From the NCBI RefSeq assembly GCF_006345805.1, contig NW_021832122.1:87216-151215 (forward strand): DNA of 64,000 bases, written 5' to 3'. Below the pieces are notes generated by a model. It was not told the origin of the DNA, did not search any database, and saw only the letters and a list, made by a program, of their open reading frames with translations. This document shows, one piece after another, positions 1 through 16,689 of the stretch; position 1 is the stretch's first letter, and every line of letters starts with the position of its first letter. The DNA comes from Octopus sinensis. Taxonomy: Eukaryota. The position numbers and the translations under genes were made by a program.

Positions 1-973
1 GGTCTCCAGCGAGGATTCGGATAACAAGGAACTCTTTGACGAAATGGAGTTTGTGGAAGAAAGGCATGTTGGGCAAAGATTGGACGATTGTCCATGATTT
101 GGGCCACGTTGATTCGTTCATTGTCGATGATGATTTCCCGAATTCCGTTTTTTGAAAGGATTGGGAGAATTGCGATAAGTTTTTGTAGATCGAATTTGGA
201 AATATTGAAACTAATAGTATTGTGGCTTGGGGGATCATCACTTTTTTTCATTCTTCATGTCGGTTAAAGGTCTATAAATTTACCGATCATTAATTACCAC
301 AAAAGCGATATTCAAATATTCAATCTGACTATAATTATTTAGTTTTTACTATTTAAATTTTTTCTATTTTTTTACTTCTTGTTTCTTTTTTTATTTTCTG
401 TGATTAATAAAATATAATTTTCTTTACTGGCTTATCTCACGTCTTCTCTTAAGTATTTTGATTGCCCTATTTTTTAAAATTATGACAACAAATATTACCA
501 CGGACACTCATCCCTGAGACTAGGCAGTTTCAAATAAGTACTTTCTTACCACATCCAGATCAATTTAATCAGTAGTTTTTACAAAAAATGTCATTAAATT
601 CGTCAAAATGTCAGTTTTTTTGAATAATGATTCAATTTTGACTTGCAAAATTTGTAGCTTAAGCACGCTGCAATGCACGTAATAAACCAATAGAAATATA
701 ATCGCAAAATAGCGTTCAATAACGTCAATAAATCGTTTATAAATCAAGTGTTTTGGCCCAGTTGACTTACTAAAACTAAAAAAATCGGCTAAATAAAACT
801 TTTTTTGATTTTAAGTTTTGATTTTTTTAATTGGGTTATTTTTGAGCTCATAATAAAAGATTTATAATAAGTTTATATTTTTTGATGAAAATACATTGGA
901 TTATAATTAAGTAATAAATTTATTAAAATTGTTTTAAATAGTTAATTAATCTTAAATAAATTCTAAGTTACAA

Positions 974-1340
974 ATGGATGTTGTTAAGTAACTATTATTT
1001 TTGGACTATTTTAAGATTTGATAACGAATTTATTGATAAAGTGTTTGAAAATGACAATTCCAGTGAATATGCAAACATAATTGCAGTTTTAATAGGAATT
1101 TCGTCATTAATTTTCAAAGTTTTGGTCATTTTGGTGATTTTAGAGCAAATTTTTAATCTGGATTGGAATTATTAGTTCTGTCATTGCTTTTTGCAACCGC
1201 AAAACAAACGACGAATGGACAAAATATCTAAGCAGTTTTATGTATTCTTTATTTTAATTCTCAGGCTTTGTTTTGGTGCTGCAGCCATGTGTTACGGAAG
1301 GGATTCAAGCCCAGCAACAATTCCTTTTTTGTCATACTAG
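974..1340 (+). CDS. WDR83OS: PAT complex subunit Asterix (UPF0139), 4 exons
   Basis: Splicing three GT-AG introns (23-28 nt) gives MDVVKFDNEF...EYANIIAVLIGISSLIFKSKFLIWIGIISSVIAFCNRKTNDEWTKYLSSFMLCFGAAAMCYGRDSSPATIPFLSY*. This matches the Asterix pattern DYMNLLG..KW.AW....S.ISFAN...ED.KQ..SSFML from memory. Confidence 0.85.
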
Positions 1341-1472
1341 GATTTCTATTTTAATATTTTTTTGTTATTATTAATCTTTAATTTTTGTTTTTTATTTAAT
1401 TTTTTTAAAATAAGTATATTTTTTAAATTAGTTTTAATTATTAAAGAATAAATTATTCTATTAAACCGCGTT

Positions 1473-4489
<3,017 letters not shown>

Positions 4490-4619
4490 TTAACTAATTA
4501 AAATACTTTTTGTTTTTATGGCTGTGATTTGGGGTTCATTTAGTTAATTTTTAACTTTAATGAGTTATTTTTTTTGTCCAGGAAGCAAAGGAAAAATCAA
4601 AAGAGAACGTAGGAAAATA

Positions 4620-4900
4620 TCGAAAACAATTTTAATACCATCGCTGTGCTTCTAGGATGAAAACTTATTATCATGGCAAAGAATTGCCGATAAATTTTCC
4701 TTTTTGTTCAAATTGAACATTTTCAGGAGTACAGTTAACGCTATTTAAAAAGTCGTGAGTCAATTCTGGAACAATTCAAACTAAAAATGCATCTATAAAA
4801 ACAGTCAAAAAGTTAAATTTCTCGCAACTTGATGAAAAACTTATTGAGTGGATGGATTTAATAAAATCAAAAGGTATATTTCTCAAATCTGCCGGAAATT
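4620..4900 (+). mobile_element. Degenerate Tigger/pogo transposase fragment (CENP-B-like HTH)
   Basis: Frame-broken translation KSRESILEQF...TVKKLNFSQLDEKLIEWMDLIKSKG resembles the pogo HTH_Tnp_Tc5 region. No TIRs found. Confidence 0.5.
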
Positions 4901-4989
4901 TGACAGAAACCAAAAAAGGCACTTTTGAGAGAGTTTACTGTACGTTGAAACTTTATTAAACTCTCGAATATCAGAAGTTGAAAACCTGA

Positions 4990-5950
4990 AGAATGGTTCG
5001 TAGATGTGCGCAGCCATCAGGCTACTGCCTCGTCGACAGAAGAAAACAAACATGGGAAAACAATTTGAAATCCAATCGAAATGGTCATTGCAATTACCAG
5101 CCACTTTGAATGATAATGTCAGAACGGATGCTCTCAACAAGGGTGAAGAAAGTTATTTAAACAACAAAATAATAGACCTTGAAGTCTTAATACCTATTAA
5201 AAAATTAAAAAAACAACTGCGTGGCGGGTCCGGACAACATCAACAGTGAATTGATAAAGTACTTCCCATTGGAGATTTCAACTATTATCACAAATCTTAT
5301 GAACGACATGTTTTATGATACTACCATATTACCTATTGGGAAAAGAATAGTGATTTCTCTTCAAAAACCTAATAAGCCGCAAGAAAAGAACATTGATTTA
5401 CACATCATCCGTCCAATCATACTCCTGAACACAATAAAAAAATCTTTTGCTTGTAACACTGGAACGCATTACAGGCCCTGTCAATGACTATCTGTTGGCC
5501 AGCCAAAGTGAATTCGGCCTTAGGAGATCGACTGCAGATTTAATATGGGGACAAACGATGCTGTCGACTGTTACACTTAATCTGCGGACCACATGGCTAC
5601 AAACCGGCAAGATTGCAACAGCCTTATATGCCAAGCTATACAATGCTGTTATTAAGCCCATACTTTTTTACAACGGAGGAACATGGCTAAACAAAAATCC
5701 CTCGATTCGTTTCAAATAAGACAATTAAGACTTCTTATCGGCATCAACTGGCCGAAGAAAATCAAGAACTCCACTTTATACTGTACCTGGAACAGTAGAT
5801 CCATCACTATGGACATTACCGAAGCTCAGTGGCTCCTATTCCAACACATACTAAGGCTCGACCAAGATGAAATGGAATCATATTATAAGGATAGCAAATC
5901 GGCGTTCCTAGGACGTCTACGAACAACAATACCTACTGTTATCTGCTGAA
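4990..5950 (+). mobile_element. Decayed RTE-like non-LTR retrotransposon fragment
   Basis: ORF pieces GPDNINSELIK, IVISLQKPNK...IRPIILLNTIKK, SQSEFGLRRSTADLIW and KLYNAVIKPILFYNGGTW, i.e. RT domains 0-2 plus the post-RT region. Contains frameshifts and a large internal deletion. Confidence 0.8.
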
Positions 5951-6968
5951 TAAAATTAATAATAAAGCATCTGTGTTTTTCAGATGCAAGGATAAACATA
6001 ATGTCAACCTATCTATCAAATTGATATACCGATTTTGATTGAGGTGAATTTCAATTCAACGAACTTAATATTTCCGTGTAAAACGAGATTAAAAATGAGA
6101 TAACTTCAATTTAAGAGGTTATTTACAGGATCTTTTGGAGCAAATTGAAGTTTAGAAATTTTATAGACATGATCACAATGCAGGTGAGTTTTTGTGCCTT
6201 TAAGATTGTTAAGTAAATATTCCCCCATAAGTTATAAACTCACCAATTATATATTTTTTCCGTTCAAAGCATGTCAGTTTTGCAAGTTGGTAGTAGCAGA
6301 GGGTTACTATTTATCAGAAATCCTTATCCCGTGTTTATGTAAATCGTCATACTCTTGAGAGTTTTAGTACAGCTGATTGGAAGCAAGTCCTCATTGACTT
6401 CACAATAGATAGTTTATTTATATAATTTGTAACTTACTTTGAGACAATTCCATTCCAGGTAAAGACAATCACTACAATCTTTACATTATCTTTATGAATT
6501 AATTATAATTCTTGTATATTTATGCTGATTTTCCACTTTTTCAGATGTTAATTTATTCATTAAGTGATTTCAATAATCCATATTAAATTCAATTTTTTGA
6601 CGAAAGTTTATATTTATATTGGATATTGGGTTTGTTACATTTTATTTTTAGCTCAGCTGAAATTGTCGTATCTACTCATATTTCTACAAACTATTTGGAA
6701 CTCAAACAATATTTTTTCTACCTTCAAGTTTTTTTTATTCTTTAATAGTCTTCTAATAAGATTTTCCATTTTTAAAAATATTTTTTGTACATCCTTGTTA
6801 TAAGTAAAAATTAATCCGAAAATAATTAATATTTTTGAAGTTTTTCTTTTAACAAAAACGATTTCGATATATATAATAATTTTTTAAATTGATTAATATT
6901 AAGTTTTTTATCAAAATAACCCTAAACGATTTCCACTTTACATATTATATTAATACTGATTAAAATTC

Positions 6969-7763
6969 ATGTTCGGATTGTTAGTTAATCTTCTGTACTT
7001 CATTCAATTAGGGCAAAACAGAAAACTTTTAAGCCACGTAAGGACATCGACGAAGATAACAGATGCTTTGAACTCAAACAAGTTATGGATAAGACACTCG
7101 GAACTCTGGATATAATGTCAGCAGTCAAAGTTCCGCCTAACAGTGATATGAACGAATGGATTGCAGTTAACAGTAATCAAATTATATTTAATCTGATTTT
7201 TATTAGCTGTCGACTTCTACAATCAAGTCTCATTGCTTTATGAAACAATTTCTGACTTTTGCACGGAGATTAGTTGCCCAATTATGTCAGCTGGGCCCAA
7301 ATACGAATATCACTGGGCCAGTAAAAATCACCGAAAGCCATTAAAGCTGTCCGCTCCAGAATATATCGCTAACATGTTAGAATGGACAAATGACACATTT
7401 AATGACACTACAGTATTTCCTCCAGAAATAGGTGACTATTATATACTAATCCCATCCTATCTTGATTTGATAAGTAATATCATTAAATTATATATTTTCC
7501 TTGTTTTAATTATTATAGGGACTCCGTACCCAAAGAACTTTATGGCAGTTGTTAAAAAAATTCACTGTCGTTTATTTCGGGTTTACGGACACATTTATCA
7601 CAGCCATTTACAACAAATCAAGGAATTGGACGAGGACGCTCACATGAACACTTCATTCAAACACTTTGCATGTTTTAACAAAGAATTTGACCTCATCCCC
7701 GCGAAAGAACTGGCACCAATGGATGTAGTTATTTCAAAAATAATAAAAAAACTCAACCCGTAG
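6969..7763 (+). CDS. MOB1: MOB kinase activator (MOB1-like), 4 exons
   Basis: MFGLAKQKTFKPRK...EWIAVNTVDFYNQ...CPIMSAGPKYEYHW...RLFRVYGHIYHSH...HMNTSFKHF...ELAPM; canonical introns. Confidence 0.92.
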
Positions 7764-7808
7764 TTAAAATTAGCGACAAAAATTAATCATTTTTACTAAT
7801 AAAGTTCT

Positions 7809-8680
7809 CTATTCTTCAATCAACTCCCCTGCCGCTTCCTTATCAATAAACCAAAGGACAGTTGGTCCTTTCACTAAGGAGGATGGCAGATTTGGATTTT
7901 CCCCATCTCTAAAAACTCTCTTTATGATCTTTCATAATTCGATTACCCGAATTGCGGAAGACTTTGATTTTCCACAGACAGCAAATATTATGGAATGTGC
8001 CTGATTAAGCATTTTTAGAGAAAATGATATTCTTTTCGGTGGGTTTTTAGGTGAGTCAAAAATTGGAACGATCAAAGATTGACTCTAGTTTAATCTTAAA
8101 AAAACCAACAGAAAGTGCAGCATGATCGGGAAAAAGAGAGCACGTGTGACCATCTGGGCCCATTCCAAGTACGATAAGGTCAAATCTGACCTCAGTTTTT
8201 GGAAAAATAGACAATATTGAATTTTGATATGCTTGAGCCGCCTGGTCAACTGTCAAGGACTAGATATTTATTTTTAGAGTTCACGAGGAAGGTTAAGTTG
8301 AATTGGAAAGGTTTTATCATTGGGGACTTCTGCTGGATCGAATAAGTTGTCTTTGTAAAATCCAAAAGTCGAATCAGAGTCATTAAGATGAACAAAGCGC
8401 TCATCGGCTAAAAATATTCTCCATTTCGTCCACTCAATTCTCGTGGATTTCTCCAGGAGATTCTGGCATAGCATTGTAGCCACGCTTCCTCCTACTCAGA
8501 ATGAACAATTTAAAATTTCATTTACCAGATAATGCCAAAGTAAAAAGACCTCGATTTTCTATTGCTTTTTGGGCAGTATCCAATATTTTGTTTGATATTG
8601 CTTCTCCTATTTCTATTTCATTTTCAAGAATTGTTAATTCTTTCTAATATTTTGATATATTACTATGGAATAAAAACCAT
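7809..8680 (-). CDS. PGLS: 6-phosphogluconolactonase, 6 exons
   Basis: [66 protein letters not shown]. Confidence 0.95.
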
Positions 8681-9348
8681 AACGAGAGTTAAAAATGTGA
8701 TTTCTTAATAATTAAAAATATTATTAAAGTTCAATAAATATAAATATTTTTTGAATGTTGAAAGATTTCCACACGGATGATCTTTTAGATTCTAGAAGGA
8801 ATATATTTTTTGTTTGACGTCTCTGCGACTTAGAAATCACTAACGAGTTTACTTTCTAATATCTAGTGCCATAAGTTGATTAATCTTCATTATAAAATAT
8901 GTGATGTTGTAATTTTTTGGTCTGGATCTATACAATCTCGTTATTTTAGATTGCACGATAATGAGGATTATTAATGTGATAAAAAATTATTTTTTAGATA
9001 GAAAACTCAAATTTGAACACACCATTCAAAAATTATTAAAAACTAAGATCTTCATTTAAACCTCAAGTAAAGACAAAAATTATTGTGTATACATAATAGG
9101 CACTCATCATCATATTCACTAGGCAGATCCTTCCGTTTCCGCGAACAACATTATCATATTTTCACTGCCTAGATGCATGAACGTTTAAATATTGATTTTT
9201 GTAATAAAATTAATTTATTAATCGGCAGCTTAGTAACGAAAGTGACATTAATTATGTCTTTTTCTGTTTGATTATTTTCTGCTCAGAAAAAATATTTTTT
9301 AATTATAATTAATGAAACAGAAAAAATTATCTAAGTTAAATAATTTCA

Positions 9349-12300
9349 CTAAACATCTTTCCTTCCGTAAGTTTTCTCGAATAATGAAAGCTAAAAATAC
9401 TTAAATTACCTTACTTTTGATTTTAATATACGATTTTCTTCCCTGTAATCATCTTCTGTCATATTTTGACTTCCTCGACCAAATGACGTCATCTATTTTT
9501 AAAATGATCAAATAAATTATTGCCAAATTTCTGTCCCCTTCTAGTTGTCTAATTCTCTCACGTAAAAATTCGTTATTCTGTTCAAGTCTAAATTGGTTTA
9601 TGGGATTAAAAATAAACTGAATATTCATAATTCTTGTTTCGTCATGAGTTAAGCTTTTCCACGGCTTTTCCGCACTTTTTATTTCTTTACCCGATGCAAA
9701 GACTTTAAAATCCTATAAATTATTATAAAAATTTTATAACGAGGTCACTGAGAGTGCTGGAATCCGGAAACTGGGTTGAGAACTACAAATAATTGGATAA
9801 TAATAAAATATAACATCGATTTCGCTTTTTTTCTGTTTTGTTATTTCTAATTCTTTTCTCAAATATAAAACTGTTTTTTTGAGTTTATCTAAATTACAAG
9901 TATAATGTTAATACTATTCGCATCAACGTGCCGTTCTTTCTCATTACAATTTTCTTGAATTATGATTTCTTGAGCTTTGTTTTGTTTTTTGACATCAAAA
10001 AGAAGTTTTGAAGTCGATTTCAATTTTTCCTAAAGAATAAATTGAATTAATCAACCTGAAGCGAAGAAACGGTATTTCGATCGCTTTTATTGACTTCTAT
10101 TGAAACAGATTTTGTGTTCGCAAGACTTTGTCTTAGTTTTTCGATGGTTTTAATATATTCCTAATAATCTCAATTTGTTTATATGAACAGAATTGTCGTC
10201 ATTAGTTTTGCAAATTTGTGACTTTAAATCGGCAATTTCTTTCTTGAGAATTTCCTCTTGTGAAACATTTCTCGTTTGCCCATCAGTCAAAGATGCAATT
10301 AATTCGTTCTTTTTCTTCACATCGATTTTAACTTTTTGTAAAATATTCTTCACTTTTTTCATGTCCTGGGTCCGTTTTTCTTTCAAACTATAGAGTGTTG
10401 TAATAAATAGAATATAACTCCGTCACGTGACTTTCACTGTCCTCAATTCTTTGTTTATATTGGGTTCGAAGCACTTCCAGTTGTTTATGAGCATCGTTAA
10501 GTTGATCAGTTAAAGATCCAATCATTCGCTTTTGGTGTGAAATAGTCTCTTCCAAGTCAAGGTTTATTTGGTTGAAAGGGGCTATATCTCTGGAAACCTC
10601 ACAATTCTTTGAGAAATCGAGTGATTTCCGATGAGAGATTTCTCTGTTTAGTTTGGAAACGGCGTCTTGATATTCTTCACTTTTCAAGTTGGCAGTTCTA
10701 TTTGCTTCCAACAATAGACCACGTAATTCGGAAATTGTATCTTCTTTAGTTTCCAAGCACTTATTGAGTGATATAAGGTTGAGTTTAGCTGCATCGAGAG
10801 CTTTAGATTCGTCTGATTTTTGAGTATTATATTTCTCGACTTCCAATAGCTTGATCCTCATTTGAGCGATCACTTCATCTCTTGAGAGGACATCCCTTTC
10901 TGCTTTTTCCAATAAAATTTTATTTTCTTTTAGTTTCTGCAACTTTTAGAAATGTATTAAAACCATTTCCATTTCTTTCACGATTTTTTGTTGGTCCTGA
11001 ATGTCATTAACAATTCGCGGACCAATATCTTGAGTCACATACAGAGATTCCTATTTCGTGATATTTTATTTAAAAAACTTTTTGGAATGTCTTCTCGTTT
11101 TCAATGTTAAAATGTTTTTTCAAAGTGATTTCGTAATTTTCATAGGAAGACTTTACCAGTGAAGCCTTTTAAGAATACAGAGACTTCAATAACCTGAATT
11201 AATTTTGAATTCTCTTCTTCTAACTGTCTCAATATTTCCTCTTTTGCCGAATTTCGGTAGACATTGATTTTATTTTTCTTTCTAAATGATCTATTTTCCT
11301 TTTTCTCCGCATGTTTTCGAGCTGCATAACTTCATAATTCTTCCATTTATCTTCGTTTTGACAAATTTCATGATCTTTTCCTCCCATTTGTTGTTCAAGA
11401 AACTTGATTCTCAATTCTGCTTTATCGACGTTTTCTTGGATGAAAGAATTTTTTTCAAACATCTAAAATGGCTCAAAACTCAATTAATTACATTGTTCAA
11501 TTGGTCCCTTAAATCTTTGTTTTCAGTAAATAGTCTTTCTAAGGAAAGGTTCTTTTTTTCATGAATTAGGAAAGGAACTGAATTTACAGATTTTGCTAAA
11601 ATATCCTTCAGGGGATTTAAAAATAATTATTTTACAGCAATGCGAGATTGGAGTTGTTTAATTTGGTCTCCAATTTCCAATTGATGGCAAAATGATAGGT
11701 TATCGCAAGTATCGAATAATTTTAGGAGTCGAAGGTTTTCTGCTTCTGCTTGCTTGATTTTTTGGTTTTTAATAACAACGTTTTGGTTGGCGTTTGTTTC
11801 CGCAATACTAAGCTTTATTATTTTACGATAAAGTTTTCCTAAAAATTCAATTTCTTATTTTACCAAATGTTTCTTTATCAAAATTTCCTGACTCAAAGTC
11901 TGAAATATGTTTCTTTAAAATGTTCACTTCAGTATTCAAGTTGACATTCTGCGCTTTGAGGGCTCCCAGCTGGCATGACAATACGTCAGATGTTTCCTAT
12001 GGTGATTAAACTCATTAAACTCGCAAACGACGCATTTCATTATTTGTTAGAACTTGATCTTTTTGAATAGCCTCTGTATTTTCGACAAGTGCGCAGTATT
12101 TCTTTTGCGGAACGGATTCTACAAGAAATAAAAATATTTCAAATAACGTGATAGTTGTCCTATCAAAATTGTTTCTGTTGCTTGTAGTCGAAGATTTTCG
12201 TTTGTAAGCTATTATACTATTTTCATAAAAGTATACTTTTAATGTAGTCTCTTCAAGTTGAGAATTTCTTTCTTCGACAAACTTTAGTGAGTTTTTTAAG

Positions 12301-15300
12301 TCTAATTGCAATTTCTTGTTAAACTCGATTCTTTGTTTGTCTTCCAAAGCTTTTATCTCGTAAAGTTCTAAACGTCTTTGCAAACTTGACACTTCGTCAA
12401 CTGTAAAAATGAATGCCTAAAATAGCATACGTTTGGCTGTATTTTCTTTTGATGATTCCAAAAAGTTCAATTTGACTTGTAACACACCAAGTTCCTCTTC
12501 AATTTGATTTTTTAAAGAAGTGGTCTTCTTTAATTCGGCCTATTCAGATTATGAAAAAGTTCATTACTTCGAGGTTGTAAATTGACTTTTTTTGATCGAT
12601 AGTTGCACTTGTTTTTTCTAAAAGCTCGCTGTATTTTTGTTTTATTTTTATATTTTCACCAAATATTTGGCTGTAGACAGTCTGGGACACAGAATCCTCC
12701 AATTTCCTCATAAGTAACTGTATTTTGAAAGCAGCTTTGTCCTATTTATATTCATATATTAATTTTCAATTAACTTTGACTCCCTCGAGGTACGAAATTC
12801 TGTCATTGCTGGTTATTTCATTAGAACTAACTATTTCTTGCTGTTTTTTCAATTCCTGTGAATAAAAAACACAGTGATATACCTTTTGAATTTCTTCTTT
12901 TTCTTCACAAACAGAAGAATATCGACTGATCAATGCTTTTTCATTTACAGAAAGCAGAACAACTCTTCTTGTTACCTCTGCCAGACTTTCCCTAATTGTG
13001 TCATTTGATGAGTTTTCTATCACATTTCTGAATTTCTGTGAATAAAGTATCAAAAATTAACTTCATATTCAAATATAGCAGTCTCGTCCTCAGCCCGTTT
13101 ACTTTCAAGCTCTTTAATCCTTTTTAACATTTTTTGTTTGTCTTGGTTCCATTCCTAGAAAGTAATTTTTGATTTTCGTAACAATTTTTTGTCTTTTGTG
13201 GTCTTCGTAAATCAGAAATAGTCTTTGTTTGAGGACTGAGTAATCTTTATTAGTTTTTGAAAAATTTTTTGTAGCATCTGTCAATTTATTTTGAAGAACT
13301 TCATTTTTCTCAACAAATAAATAAATTAGTAAACTTGCAGAGTTTCAACAAGATATTCTTCCATACTTATTACGAATTCTGCACCGAAAGTATTTGAGGT
13401 CTCAAGATAGGACAATTTCAAAAGGTTAGCTGGGGGTAGAGTAAGAGATAACGATGGGAAGTCATTACTCTATTTCGTCTTTAGAACAAAATCTTTACTG
13501 CTCCTTCCGTTAAAAGTTGAGTCCTTTGTTTATTAAAAGCATGCAATTCCCATCATTAGACTCGCTTGATATCATATCAAGTAATTCCTGAGCTGGGGCA
13601 TTTTCTCCTGATGATTAAATAAATAAAATTACTTATTTTAATTGATAATTCTGACATTATTTTTTTTAGTTGCTTATTCTTTTCTTTTAAAAAATCGTTT
13701 TGACGTTCATTTTCGACTTTACGAGTCGTTGAAAGCTCAGATACAACCTTGCTTAAATTTTTTATCTGATCTATTTTTATGAAGAAACTCACTTCTTTTA
13801 TTATTGAAGAATTTTTTGAAGTATCTATAGATTGAGACTTCTTTTCAAGTTCCCTAGAAATTGCCAATTCAGACTCATTGCCCATTCTAAATTGAAAATT
13901 TTACACATCACTTTTGAGCTATCAATTTTCCTAAATTACGAACGTGTTCCTGCAATTGACTTCTTTCTTCTTCTAGAGACCGAATCTAAACAAGATTGAT
14001 AATTTTATATAAAAAAACTTCGCTTTTAAGTATGACTATGGAAGCCTTAAGTTCTTCTTGTTGAAATTTTTTTGATGTCATAAATTTGTCAAGTTCCTGG
14101 TCGTCAAATGGTAGCGACAATTTTGATCTATAAAACTCATTCTGATCCAATAATTGATCCATTCGAAACTCCACAGTTCCTAGAGCTTCAAGCGTTCCTT
14201 AAGTTCTCTATAATAATTTTCCTTGAATCAGTCAGAACTAACTTTTCCAGATTTTTGATTTTTGATTTCTGGTCATTGATTTCAGCAATAGCGTCAGTCA
14301 GTCCGAATACTCCCTAAAACATCGTCTCATAATAGTACCTGCTCTATTCTGCATCCACGATTGGTGGTTTCTTCAAGCTGCATTTCTAACTCACAAATTC
14401 TAGATTCTGCCTAAAAATAATCTAAAAATTTACAGATTCTAAATTTTCTTGAGCTTTAGTTAGTTTTGCTTGCGTTTCCGTTATTTGGCGTTCCATTTTG
14501 ACGATTTTATTAATAGATTCGGCTGTAATTTGACATTTATACTTATAAATTATTACATGAAGCAATCCGAGATTTTATAAGTTCAAAATTTTCGATTTCC
14601 TGTTCAATTTCTCCCGCGGCTTTTTTAAGCTCTTCTTGAAGGCGTAGTACTTGAGACTCCTTTTCTTCAAGAGCCTTATACTTATTCTACATTTTCTTAC
14701 AGTTGTTAGTTTATTAATAATATTTTTGTCTGAATCTAACTTTAGTAAATTATTTTCTTTTTCCAGTTCAAAATTTTTACGTTTTAGTTTTGACATTTCC
14801 AATTCCTTTCCTTCCAGAAGTTCCTTGTAAGATTAACAAAAGATTTGGATACCCCCCATTCCGTTACCTTCTGGCTCACCAAAACCATCACTTCGTCGTT
14901 GACCTCGTCGTCGTTTTTCAAAACAGCCGTGAATTCATTTTCCTTAGAATTATGTACAAAATAAACACCCGAGTCTTCATAGTTAAGTTTTCTTTTCTAA
15001 GCTCGTCGATTATGTTGTCGCTATATTTCAGAACTTCTTTGAGTTTTAAATTTTCTTCCAGACATTTTTCGATTTCTATTTTCCCAACATCAAGTTCGGT
15101 TTTTGCCTGATCTGTCGCTTCCTTAAGTTTCAAGTTCACTTCGATTAAGGCCTAAATTTGACTGCAAATCAATACTGAATTTTCATGAAGCGCATCGATG
15201 AGTTTTTCTTTGAATTTCTTACTTTTTTCTTCTGCCTCTCCTGTACCCAAACCTTTTGCTAACATTGTCTCCCTTTGGAAATTCACTTGGTGTTTGTATT

Positions 15301-15909
15301 CACGTAAATCCTCTAGCAATTGTCGATTCTAAATATAAATCTTTATTTTGATGCCTTGGTCTCCAATTCTTTGGCCTCTTTTTTAGCATTTTCTGCTAAT
15401 TCCAAGTTTGCTTGTTCGTTTGCTAGCAACTTCTCATGTTCCTTCGACAAAATAATGTTAGATGCCATCAATTCGTCGAATTCTTTTTCTAAATCTCTTA
15501 AGCGTGATCTAATCATCGCCTCGGAAGCCGGAAGTGCAGCTATGGCCTTTAAATTGTTTTATTTTTTAATTACGTCTTTTTCCTTTATTTCACGACGTAG
15601 AGATGTAACTTTAGTTTAGTTATTCATGTGAAGATTACTTGTTTTATCTTTAGCTGTAAGTTGTTGATCATATTCATTGATAATTTCTGCAAAACTTTCA
15701 TCGTTTGAATTTTTGTGTTGGCAATTATGACAACGACTTTATAAGCGTTAATGATTTTAGTAAAGTCTTCGACAGAATTCGGATTTAACTAAATAATCTA
15801 AAGATTTTAACTATACGTTTGTTAAATTTTCAAGCCAGTAATCCTGGTCAAATTCTTTGTCCGGATTTTCAATTATTTCTGATATTCCGTTCCAATCTAC
15901 ATCATTCAT
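9349..15909 (-). CDS. CEP290: CEP290-like centrosomal/transition-zone coiled-coil protein, ~38 exons
   Basis: Starts MNDVDWNGI. Contains GVFGLTDAIAEIN, EEYLVETLQ, RRVVLLSVNEKALISRY and RLELYEIKALEDKQR, which resemble CEP290 blocks. Long coiled coil across tiny introns. Four 1-nt frame breaks are needed to join it, and two introns are GC-AG. Confidence 0.8.
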
Positions 15910-15977
15910 GTTGCCTAGTGATTATTATGACAATTAATATGATTTTGATTTTATTTTTGTACAAGAAGATTGCTTTT

Positions 15978-16150
15978 ATTTTTGTTCAAATGAACAACAC
16001 GCATGTCCTCGACTCACATGATAAGGTTTTAAACCTTCATGCCAAAAAAATTAAGAAAAAATATTTGCAGATTTTGGTTAAAATGAACAACAAGTATATC
16101 GTCGACTTACATGATGAGGTCCTTAAAACCTTCCCGCCAAAAAAATAATT
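15978..16150. repeat. 93-bp imperfect tandem duplication
   Basis: aaatgaacaac at 15988 and 16081; cgact at 16010 and 16103. Period is 93. Confidence 0.85.
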
Positions 16151-16169
16151 TTATGCATTTTCGCTTTGG

Positions 16170-16505
16170 TAGCCAGCGTGTGACTCGACATAATAGAAGC
16201 GACGATATTAACAGATAAGTATCAAGGTGAGGGTGTTTATATTCCACTAATTTTGAAAATTTTTAGAGAGCGAGTGTTCTTTCTACGAACAGCTGTATGT
16301 GGGATGTTCAAGGATAAACAGAAGAGAAAATTTATTAATATATGCCAAGGAAAGACGGACAACAAACATCGTTTATCAACAGGCGTAGAATAGGGTTACA
16401 TCAAACCAGGTCGTTTAATATATTTACTTAAACTTATAGTTGTTTGATGAAACAGGCCCTCCGCAGGAGCTAGGTCGCGGTGAGCGAAGGGAGCTGCCGA
16501 GCTAG
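16170..16505 (+). mobile_element. Helitron 3' portion (internally deleted RepHel helicase C-terminus plus terminal hairpin and CTAG)
   Basis: IIEATILTDKYQGEGVYIPLI and YEQLYVGCSRINRRENLLIYAKERRTTNIVYQQA* match the Helitron helicase end. They are followed by the hairpin tcgc-ggtga-gcga and CTAG|T at 16502-16506. Confidence 0.85.
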
Positions 16506-16689
16506 TTCTCTATAAATGTGGCTTTAAACTTCCCAATAGCCAATGTTTTTAAACACATATTTCTTATCGATCTCTTATTATATTTCCGTTGTGTACTTCA
16601 CTGATTAAAATTTTTTTAATTTTAGAAATATTTCTGTAACAAGTTATTATTTACTAAACGTAACAATGAGATTTTTCAAAGATCTTCTA

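Noticed and set aside
1-290. Higher-GC stretch with open frames on both strands at the window edge
   Set aside because: No recognisable motif, no consistent start or splice model, and truncated by the window.
6100-6520. Possible minus-strand exons or hAT remnant
   Set aside because: Every splice combination I tried hit stops; no diagnostic motif.
8750-9230. Run of intron-like GT...AG segments on the + strand between PGLS and CEP290
   Set aside because: Could not assemble a stop-free spliced ORF; may be a small unknown gene or UTR, but unsupported.
10193-15619. Several + strand ORFs (10193, 11286, 14108, 14790, 15320)
   Set aside because: Antisense shadows of CEP290 exons.
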